Shown here in pieces: positions 8,242-15,687 of a stretch of 26,403 nt of DNA. Under the pieces are notes generated by a model. It saw nothing but the letters and a program-made list of their open reading frames with translations. It did not search any database and was not told the DNA's origin. The translations under genes were made by a program, and so were the position numbers. The stretch is from positions 1 to 26,403 of IMG/VR virus record IMGVR_UViG_3300016265_000130; one strand, written 5' to 3'. Each line of letters starts with the position of its first letter. Within the stretch, counting starts at the first letter, position 1. The DNA is from a virus (lineage: Duplodnaviria; Caudoviricetes).

Positions 8242-8451
8242 ATGTCTGAGGTAAAGCGCCGCCGTGTCAATAAACAAGCAAAGATTACAGTGCTAGTGGA
8301 TGAGAACCCAAAGCGTAAGAATACGCTAGCAGCAGATCGATTTGCATTATATGAAAATGGTATGACAGTTGAAGAATACATCAATGCAGGTGGTCGTGCT
8401 GGCGATATTGCGCATGACGCTGCTGCAGGGTATATCGACCTGGAAGACTAA
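8242..8451 (+). CDS. Small putative DNA-binding protein
   Basis: CAGGAG SD; NPKRKNT.A..RFALY..GMTVEEY..AGG...DI..D...GYI pattern seen in phage small proteins. Function is inferred. Confidence 0.7.
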   Translation: MSEVKRRRVNKQAKITVLVDENPKRKNTLAADRFALYENGMTVEEYINAGGRAGDIAHDAAAGYIDLED

Positions 8452-9341
8452 TGAAGATCCTCATAACCGGCGTCACCGAGACGCATACAAATCATCCACA
8501 ACGTGCAAGCTCTACAAAGTTTGTATCAATACCTGAGTTGATGCGTAACGCGTTCGAGCGACTGGTGCATGATGTTGACCATCGAGCAGTAGGGGCAGGT
8601 GAGGATCTTTCAGAATATCAGAAGGTTTTCATCTACCTATACCCTGTAGACCATAACGCAGTTAACGTCAATGGGGCTATATGGGCATTGCAGCAACGGC
8701 CAGATGCTTGGCTTTGTCTTGATGATTGGTCATTTCAAAAGCTGCTACCTACATGGGGCAACTTCACTGACATCAAATTGCTTACCAATCGTACATGGTT
8801 AGCACCATTATTTCCATGGGGTGACACTAAATTGATGGGTCTGCCGGTTGATGACTTACGTCATTGGGACCCATCGCCTTTGTATAACTTACCTAAAGTA
8901 CATAGACTACGCTGGCAAGAAAGAAAAACTGAGTGGTATAACGCATCATTATCGAAAGACGCACATGAGTGGGCAGATCGGCAACATCTTACCTGGCCTA
9001 TTCGTGCCGTGGGTGGAAAGTCCCTTGGGCAACCTAGGATTTTGGAGTCTCAAATTGTCTGGGAATATGGATCCTATAAAGGCGTGCTTTGTCCTACCTA
9101 TGAACATGCCGGATGCGGATGGTGGCGTGTCAGATACTTGCATGCTGCACATGCTGGAGCTATACTCGGTAGCGACCCCAAAGAAACCGGTATGATTCAC
9201 CCCGCATATGGGTACACACTAAAAGAAATTGAGAAGATGGGCGACGAAGCCAGAGAATACTTGGCATGGTTGCAAGCAGATAAGCTGAAGGTTGCGACCT
9301 TACATGAAACGATGCAAAAAGTAGAAGGGTGGCTTGCATGA
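8451..9341 (+). CDS. Putative DNA-base glycosyltransferase, GT-B fold (T4 beta-glucosyltransferase-like)
   Basis: MKILITG start, DLSEYQKVFIY, WLCLDDW acidic motif and GWWRVRYLHAAHAGAIL segment align by eye with T4 BGT (DVNDYDRLIVV, YLFTD, FITLRVWE); adjacent to a TS-family gene. Confidence 0.6.
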   Translation: MKILITGVTETHTNHPQRASSTKFVSIPELMRNAFERLVHDVDHRAVGAGEDLSEYQKVFIYLYPVDHNAVNVNGAIWALQQRPDAWLCLDDWSFQKLLPTWGNFTDIKLLTNRTWLAPLFPWGDTKLMGLPVDDLRHWDPSPLYNLPKVHRLRWQERKTEWYNASLSKDAHEWADRQHLTWPIRAVGGKSLGQPRILESQIVWEYGSYKGVLCPTYEHAGCGWWRVRYLHAAHAGAILGSDPKETGMIHPAYGYTLKEIEKMGDEAREYLAWLQADKLKVATLHETMQKVEGWLA

Positions 9342-10282
9342 TCATAATTCTTGAAGGGCCGGATGGTGGTGGCAAAACCACTCTATCTGAGAAGTTGCGG
9401 CAAATGCTTAACCATGAAAAGTTAACCAACGTCGTAAAGCATGGCCCTTATACCGGCATGTCATCTGAAGACTTATGTAAGACATACTTTAGATCCATGT
9501 CGCAGGCACTAACCTATGACGATCACGTCATACTTGATCGTAGTTGGCTATCAGAGCCTATCTACGGTGAGGTATATCGCAATGGCGTAACTCGTGTTGA
9601 TACTCCACGACATCGTATGCTAGAACGAGTGGCTTTAACTCGTGGCGCCGTAGTTGTCCATTGCCAACCTGAGTTTGCGCTATGCGTTGATACTTTCAAG
9701 ATGCGCAAAGATATTGAGTACCTTGATACAACTGAGCAATTGGGCAAAGTATACGAGGCATACGAAACTTTGCCTATGCATACCTGTTTGCCTATAGTGC
9801 ACTATGATTACGAAAAAGATACCGTCAGTGACCTACTAGAAAAAGTCATGGCCAAGTCAATTACCAATCGCGCATCTGGAGGTGGTTGCTTTAAGGAAGG
9901 CAATATTCTTATGCTATGCGATAAAGGGCCTCGCACCAATATGCGAGCCTCTGCAGCTGTGGTGCCATTCATTAACTTCTTAGATGATGATGGCCCTAGT
10001 CGTATGCTAGCGCAAACATTAGAAAATGAAGGCGTGCCTGAGAAAGATCTCTATTGGATCAACACACAAAACTATCTTGGCTCTCCAACAGATGCAAAAT
10101 TCATTAACCAACTTAAACCAAGCCGCATTTTTGCTTTAGGCAATAACGCATACAGTTGGGCAGCCAACGCAGGTGTGCAAGTATATAAGTTGCCACCGCC
10201 TTTATATCATATGCAGCACTTTCCGCATTTGCCATACCACATTACTGAGAGCGACTATGGAAATACCACTCATTCATCGTGA
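9338..10282 (+). CDS. dNMP (thymidylate-type) kinase fused to a C-terminal UDG-superfamily-like domain
   Basis: IIILEGPDGGGKTT P-loop and ILDRSWLSE.IYG. C-terminal ILML.D..P...PF....G...L...L...G.....YWIN...KP.RIFALG..A...LPPP matches UDG-fold spacing. Confidence 0.75.
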   Translation: MIIILEGPDGGGKTTLSEKLRQMLNHEKLTNVVKHGPYTGMSSEDLCKTYFRSMSQALTYDDHVILDRSWLSEPIYGEVYRNGVTRVDTPRHRMLERVALTRGAVVVHCQPEFALCVDTFKMRKDIEYLDTTEQLGKVYEAYETLPMHTCLPIVHYDYEKDTVSDLLEKVMAKSITNRASGGGCFKEGNILMLCDKGPRTNMRASAAVVPFINFLDDDGPSRMLAQTLENEGVPEKDLYWINTQNYLGSPTDAKFINQLKPSRIFALGNNAYSWAANAGVQVYKLPPPLYHMQHFPHLPYHITESDYGNTTHSS

Positions 10283-11042
10283 AGAAGATCTCATCCTTAT
10301 TTATAAGGCACTTGAATACCGTGGAACTCGATCTGAGCCACGCGGAGAGAGTACTCTTGAGATTGAGAACTTTACTTATACTGTCAATCCTTTCGTTCGC
10401 TTTAACAATTTTGTTGGTCGCAACTTTAATCTTAATTATCTCAAGCGTGAGATGGCTTGGTATATAAAAGCCGACCCGCTCGATACCTCCATTGCTGAGC
10501 ATGCCGCTCAATGGGGCAAGATTGTTGTCAACGGCAAGCTCAATAGTAATTATGGCTCATATTGGTTTGGCAAATATGGTGTACGACATATTGTCAACAT
10601 TTTGCAGAAAGACCCCATGAGCCGCCGCGCGGTCATACCTATGTATGGAACTGACGTAGACCATATGGATAGCGAGGCTAAAGATGTCCCTTGTACGATT
10701 GCCATTGAATTTCGTCTACGCCGTGGCCGGCTTAATGCAAGAGCTATTATGCGTAGCCAAGATGTTCTATGGGGAATGGCTAATGATCTCCCAACTTTCT
10801 CGTTTTTGCAAGAGATCATTGCAGTCTTGCTTAATGCAGAAGTTGGCACTTTGGCCGTCTCAGTAGGCTCATTTCATGTTTATGAGTCAAGAATGAAGAT
10901 GTTCAAAGAGATTATTGAAAAGTCAACGCATCAACCTATTGTAGACGCGCCACCACGTATTCAAAGATACGAGGCGCATTTGTTAATGGATAAGCACATT
11001 GACAGCTCACATGCGTTCTCACGTTGGCTGCTTAATGTATAA
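10257..11042 (+). CDS. Thymidylate synthase-family enzyme, likely dCMP hydroxymethylase
   Basis: NSNYG, SRRA, catalytic PC(T), MRSQD..WG..ND and GSFHVYE. Asp at the substrate-specificity position, as in T4 gp42. Confidence 0.85.
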   Translation: MEIPLIHREEDLILIYKALEYRGTRSEPRGESTLEIENFTYTVNPFVRFNNFVGRNFNLNYLKREMAWYIKADPLDTSIAEHAAQWGKIVVNGKLNSNYGSYWFGKYGVRHIVNILQKDPMSRRAVIPMYGTDVDHMDSEAKDVPCTIAIEFRLRRGRLNARAIMRSQDVLWGMANDLPTFSFLQEIIAVLLNAEVGTLAVSVGSFHVYESRMKMFKEIIEKSTHQPIVDAPPRIQRYEAHLLMDKHIDSSHAFSRWLLNV

Positions 11043-11080
11043 TTTCACGTGTAGCACCTGACCATTGAAAGGAATACAAC

Positions 11081-11803
11081 ATGACCATCAATCGCATACG
11101 CTGGACCACAGAAGAACGTGGCACCGTTATTACAGCCACAGCCAAAAAGCTGAATGAGGGCTACAAAATAGGTGACGCTTTGCGAATAGCGCAAAGTCTA
11201 CTGCCATCTGATCGGCAAAGACCAGAAACAAGTCTATATAACGCTGCTGACATTATTGCCGCAGCGCGTAAGTTGGCCAATGCAACCATTCCTAAAACGT
11301 ATAGCGTAAGCACTCAAGAAGTCAAACACAATAAGCAACCTACACAACCGGAAATTAAGGCCTCCAGTGCCCATCCAGTGCCCCAGAATGAAGGCTCTTT
11401 GGATAGTCTAATAGATACCATAGCACAAAAGATCGCGGCATCCATTAGAACCGAGGTTGTTAAAGTTGTTAAAGAGTTAGAGCATGAGTTCAAAGTCTCA
11501 CGCAATAACCCTGAGTATGAAGCAAACGGCAAGTCTAAGCCCCGTGTTACTATTATTGGACTACGCGAAGATCAGATGTCAATGATTGAGCATGAATACG
11601 CCAATCGATATAACTTCAAGTTTCTTACGGCTGACGACGCCAAAGGCTCTATTGCAACTGATGCTGATGCGTATTTGCTGATGAAGAATTTCATCTCACA
11701 TGCAGTTTTTGAGAAGTACCAAATCTATAAAAATCACGTCTTGATTGATGGGGGCATGACGGCGTTGCGGGGTTGGTTATCGACTAAAGGAGTTGAACTA
11801 TGA
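11081..11803 (+). CDS. Hypothetical protein with DUF2325-like C-terminal domain
   Basis: GAAAGGA SD; N-terminal RIRWT.EE helix; C-terminal VTIIG...AD..LLM.NFISH...GGMTAL pattern. Confidence 0.6.
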   Translation: MTINRIRWTTEERGTVITATAKKLNEGYKIGDALRIAQSLLPSDRQRPETSLYNAADIIAAARKLANATIPKTYSVSTQEVKHNKQPTQPEIKASSAHPVPQNEGSLDSLIDTIAQKIAASIRTEVVKVVKELEHEFKVSRNNPEYEANGKSKPRVTIIGLREDQMSMIEHEYANRYNFKFLTADDAKGSIATDADAYLLMKNFISHAVFEKYQIYKNHVLIDGGMTALRGWLSTKGVEL

Positions 11804-12033
11804 GCATTCCCTTTGAGTACGTATACACGCCTTCAACCACGGATGTAACGATTCGTTGGCGTATCAAATATGGCTGGGTGCCACCTACTGAACAAGAAAA
11901 CTTTAAAAAGAAATGGGCTGAGTTTAGAGCTCAATCTGCTCGAGGTATTGAGAGTCTTGAAGCTCACGAAGACCCGATTAATGATCGTAAACACGACAAC
12001 GCCGGAAGGGTTATTCAATGGAAGACCAAGTAA
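11800..12033 (+). CDS. Hypothetical protein
   Basis: AAAGGAG SD, ATGA overlap; TDV..RWR..GWVPP.E motif. Confidence 0.7.
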   Translation: MSIPFEYVYTPSTTDVTIRWRIKYGWVPPTEQENFKKKWAEFRAQSARGIESLEAHEDPINDRKHDNAGRVIQWKTK

Positions 12034-12191
12034 AAGAGCAGTATCACGAATGGATGAGCTTACTCATCAAGACCAAAAATACGGACTTGCTTAGAGACCC
12101 CTACAATGTTTGGTTGGAAGCTTGGCACGTCGCAACGCTATTTGCAGAAAAAAAGACCCCCGTACTAGACGGGGGTAAAACCACAAACTAG
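12018..12191 (+). CDS. Small hypothetical protein (57 aa, not in ORF track)
   Basis: MEDQVKEQYHEWMSLLIKTKNTDLLRDPYNVWLEAWHVATLFAEKKTPVLDGGKTTN; GGAAGGG upstream; fills the gap to the convergent gene. Confidence 0.55.
   Translation: MEDQVKEQYHEWMSLLIKTKNTDLLRDPYNVWLEAWHVATLFAEKKTPVLDGGKTTN
12148..12176 (-). terminator. Rho-independent terminator of the late (- strand) operon
   Basis: ACCCCCGT (12156-63) / ACGGGGGT (12169-76) 8-bp stem with A7 at 12148-54 (U-tract on the - strand). Confidence 0.8.
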
Positions 12192-12199
12192 GTGCGAGA

Positions 12200-13387
12200 T
12201 TACCTAGGTTGTGGCGTTGCGGCGGGAGAAAGAGGAGACTCGCCGGTATAACCCTTGTAGAGCTCGTATGCCAAAGGTGGCGCAGACAATAACAAACCAG
12301 CCCCTTTAGCTGCCGGATGCGGCAAGGTCATGAGTGCACCACCTGTGGCTGAGAGACCATGCATAACTGTGCCAGGTATATCACCACGTTGTCCAGCTTC
12401 ATAGGCTTGTACGCCCTCGTAGCCAGCCATGCCACCACCAAGGGTGCTACCCAATGGAAAGTTTTTGACAGCATAGCCAAGCCGCTTCATAATGCCAGGC
12501 TGGTTCATCTCTTGCAAAATTTGAGCGCGTTGGCCGGCTTTGGACGCCGCAGTTTGCGTTGAGGTCAGACCTTTTTGCAACTGCTCAAGCTCCAACTTGG
12601 TCTGATTGAGAGCCGAACTGGCTTGCTCGAACTTGGCTTGTGCCTGCTGCAAACGATTATATGCTTGTTCTTGCACAGGTGAGGTGAATTGGCCTGAGAA
12701 CTCTGGCGCATTGGGGACAATCAAACCAGATCGAGCAGCTTTGAACTTTGCAGCCTCGCCGGTTTTCTCAAGTTCTTGTTGCAAACGATAGCCACGAGTA
12801 GCTTCAGTGACAGACTCACCGCCTGGGCCCATACTACCTACAACTTTACGTGACCATTTATCACCAGCAGCTTCGCCTGGTGTGGAGATTTCTGTAGGCA
12901 AATTATAGCGAGCTGCTTGTGCTCGTGCCTGAGAGAGCTCACGTTGTGCGTCATCCAATGCAATTTCCAATGACTGTTGCCGCGATAATAGATTTTGCAT
13001 CTGCCGTGACGTAGATTGAGCTTCTTTTTGCCCAATCTTAGACGTGGCCTGTAACTCTTGAATACGTGCTTCACGTTGTGGTAAACGTGGAAATGGTTGA
13101 CGATTTAGACCATACCCAACTGCAGCACCAGAAAGCGCAGCAGATTCTTTACTGATAGGCGAAGGCTTAGTTACTGACGGCTGCGTAGTTGTACCTTGCG
13201 CAGGCCCTGTTGTAGGCCCAGCGGTAAAGACCTCGTCCACTGCAGATAAGTCAGTTGAGTCTTGCGGTATTTGTGGCAATGGCTCAGTCGAGACTTCACG
13301 TGGTTTACGGCGCCGATCAGTTTTCTTTGGCGCAGTTGTGCCAGATGTTGCAAAGATAGGGTCTAGATCTTCAAGACGATCAGCCAT
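12200..13387 (-). CDS. Putative internal virion / ejection protein
   Basis: Gln/Ala-rich coiled coils, Gly-rich hydrophobic C-terminus; last gene of the structural operon. Confidence 0.55.
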   Translation of the reverse strand: MADRLEDLDPIFATSGTTAPKKTDRRRKPREVSTEPLPQIPQDSTDLSAVDEVFTAGPTTGPAQGTTTQPSVTKPSPISKESAALSGAAVGYGLNRQPFPRLPQREARIQELQATSKIGQKEAQSTSRQMQNLLSRQQSLEIALDDAQRELSQARAQAARYNLPTEISTPGEAAGDKWSRKVVGSMGPGGESVTEATRGYRLQQELEKTGEAAKFKAARSGLIVPNAPEFSGQFTSPVQEQAYNRLQQAQAKFEQASSALNQTKLELEQLQKGLTSTQTAASKAGQRAQILQEMNQPGIMKRLGYAVKNFPLGSTLGGGMAGYEGVQAYEAGQRGDIPGTVMHGLSATGGALMTLPHPAAKGAGLLLSAPPLAYELYKGYTGESPLSPAATPQPR

Positions 13388-13389
13388 GA

Positions 13390-14772
13390 TTACCTCTTGT
13401 AGGGGTAGTGTTGCTCATATAACTGGCCATACAGGCTTTGATAGCGATTTGCAATATCGTTATAAGGCCTTGAGCCAAAGAAGTCACCAAAAGGCACACG
13501 CAAACCTGTTTGCTTATCCCAATCACGTAGTGCTGTGAAGTAGTCTTGTCGCATTTTCATGCCAAGAATACTTTCTTTGGCGTAGTATTTAATAGCGTCG
13601 GCAGCATCCCGTGGAGATACCATTGGCGCTTGTAGCAGAGTTACGTCAGCATTAGAAATCTGTGGGCCAAGAACTGACTTATTGACTCGAGCATTCTCAA
13701 AGAATTGACGTGCAATGATGGTACTAGCACGAGCTAAGACTTTTTGCTCATCAGGTGACAACTTAACTTTGGATAAGAACTCTTGCACTGGTGCTGAGAA
13801 TGCGCCCCATGGAGTAGTAACACCTTTATCAGCCGCGGCTTGCAAACCGGCCAAGAGGCCTTGTTGCTGCATTAAGCCCCAGATTTGTGGGTACTTATCT
13901 GCCAAGTCATGCAATTCTTTCAAGTCACGAATGTTGGAATTAACACGATCAGGCGTCCAAGAATTGAAAACATTGCGCTGTTCTTTCCATTCTTCATCCG
14001 ATAGCTTCTGGCGCTCTTTCATACCTTCAGCACGAACAGCCAAAGGCACACCAGCGTCACTACGAGATGTGTCAATAGTTGTAGGTTGTGGCTGCACAGG
14101 TGATGGCGCTGCACGACCGCTAGGCGTCAATGGGGCTGTAGGTGCAGTTGTACCAGTTGAGCCAGGGCGCAAAGCATTGAGATACTCAGGCGGTATCATT
14201 TGCAAAAACTCAGGGCCAAACTTGGCTTCCATCTCAGCCAAAGAAACGCCATTTTTGATCAAGTCAAGGAAGTTCTTAATGGCGTCATTTTCCATTGCCG
14301 CCGAGTTCTTTAGAATCTCACCAAGCTTAGGGTACTTGGCAGCAAAGGCGGCATAGATATCAGGTGTAATCTTACGAGTTATACCTGCTGGAAAGCGACC
14401 TGTTTGTACACCCTCAGCAGTTTGCTGTGGAGAAGTACCAAGCAATTGCCCAAGCATTCTCATGCCTTCAGCTTGGTTGGCCAACTCATACTTTTGGCCT
14501 GCAATTTGCGCACGTAATTGAGCAATAGGTAACTCAAGCTCACGTTGCTTAGCTTGTTCTTGCCCAATAGTACCTGCAACACGGCCTACAGCTTCGCCAA
14601 ATGTACCGGTGCGACCAGGGTCAAGAAACTGCGCCGCCACGTTCCACATATTGGTACCTTGGCGCGCTTCAAGAGCGGTCAACGTTTTATTTAACGCATC
14701 AAGGTATTCTGCTTGCGCGCCTTCATCAAGGCCAATGCCTGTAGGCGCTTTAGGAATTGTTGGTAGTGCCAT
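13390..14772 (-). CDS. Putative internal virion / ejection protein
   Basis: Helical, Cys-free; G.ISNAD..L motif typical of podophage injection proteins; GAGG SD. Confidence 0.6.
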   Translation of the reverse strand: MALPTIPKAPTGIGLDEGAQAEYLDALNKTLTALEARQGTNMWNVAAQFLDPGRTGTFGEAVGRVAGTIGQEQAKQRELELPIAQLRAQIAGQKYELANQAEGMRMLGQLLGTSPQQTAEGVQTGRFPAGITRKITPDIYAAFAAKYPKLGEILKNSAAMENDAIKNFLDLIKNGVSLAEMEAKFGPEFLQMIPPEYLNALRPGSTGTTAPTAPLTPSGRAAPSPVQPQPTTIDTSRSDAGVPLAVRAEGMKERQKLSDEEWKEQRNVFNSWTPDRVNSNIRDLKELHDLADKYPQIWGLMQQQGLLAGLQAAADKGVTTPWGAFSAPVQEFLSKVKLSPDEQKVLARASTIIARQFFENARVNKSVLGPQISNADVTLLQAPMVSPRDAADAIKYYAKESILGMKMRQDYFTALRDWDKQTGLRVPFGDFFGSRPYNDIANRYQSLYGQLYEQHYPYKR

Positions 14773-14781
14773 GGTAGCCTC

Positions 14782-15684
14782 TTAAAATTGTTTGCCTAAC
14801 CAATCCCATGCGCTTGAGATGCCTGAGCCAATTAAGCCGCCTATTGTGGTATTTGTTCCACCTGTGGAGCCAAGTGACGCACCTAACAATGAACCTAGTC
14901 CCGCAATTTGTGACAAAGGTGATGCAGCATACGCGCCAGGCAGTGGACCTTGATACGTAGAAGATACATCGGTTGGTACACTGTAGCCCTTAATAAGCTG
15001 TGACGTGGTGCCTAATGTTTGCAATGGAAATAGTTGCTGAGCCTGGCCAATTTGTTGTTGCTGCGCTCCAAGTGTAGCCAAGGCATTGATATCGCCAAGA
15101 CCAAGTTGTTGTTGCGTACCAGCCAAACCGCCAAGTTGTTGCGCACCGGCTAACTGTCGAGCCAAGTCAGTTTGCGCAGCCGTCATAGCATTTTGATACC
15201 CTTGGCTAAGTGCCATGGATTGACGGCCACCAATATCTGCTAATGCATCACGAATGGTGCGGCCTAATACTTGAGCTCCGCGTTGAGACCCAAATTGGCC
15301 TGTGCCTACGGCTCCGGATACAGCACCGGGTGCAAGATTCTCAACAATATTACGCTGCCCTAGACGGCCAATCTCACCTACAACTTGTGAAGTGTAGGGG
15401 TCCATATATTGGCCAACCACAGATGGCGCAGTTGTGCCAGCACCTGTTTGGGCCATATTGACAGCCGCTTGCAGCGTAGGAGCATAAGTGCCCACATTGG
15501 CTTTGGTTAAATCAAAAGCTTGTTGTTGCAATGGAGTTGCGCCAACAAACTGAGCTTGTTGACCAGCTTGTAGTCCTTGCTGCGCAATATTGCTAAGGTA
15601 GTCAGTATACCAACTTGGCGCAGCTGTCTTTTGCGCCTGTGTGACTGTTACGCTAGGTAGCGCTTCGCCGACAGTAAGTGCCAT
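14782..15684 (-). CDS. Putative DNA pilot / ejection protein
   Basis: Gln/Gly/Ala-rich; YMDPYT.QV, G.FGSQR motif; C-terminal Gly-rich hydrophobic tail. Confidence 0.65.
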   Translation of the reverse strand: MALTVGEALPSVTVTQAQKTAAPSWYTDYLSNIAQQGLQAGQQAQFVGATPLQQQAFDLTKANVGTYAPTLQAAVNMAQTGAGTTAPSVVGQYMDPYTSQVVGEIGRLGQRNIVENLAPGAVSGAVGTGQFGSQRGAQVLGRTIRDALADIGGRQSMALSQGYQNAMTAAQTDLARQLAGAQQLGGLAGTQQQLGLGDINALATLGAQQQQIGQAQQLFPLQTLGTTSQLIKGYSVPTDVSSTYQGPLPGAYAASPLSQIAGLGSLLGASLGSTGGTNTTIGGLIGSGISSAWDWLGKQF

Positions 15685-15687
15685 GAT

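Noticed and set aside
10173-10256. GTG-start extension of the TS-family ORF
   Set aside because: It lies within the kinase gene; ATG 10257 gives a normal-length enzyme.
10257-11042. Thymidine hypermodification (hmU-based, M6/YuA/ViI-type) pathway
   Set aside because: The specificity residue is Asp rather than Asn, the kinase looks like a mononucleotide kinase, and I recognise no aGPT-Pplase or 5hmU DNA kinase in the window.
13715-14356. 213-aa + strand ORF and other antisense ORFs in the structural arm
   Set aside because: Shadow frames of - strand genes, with no RBS or recognisable motifs.
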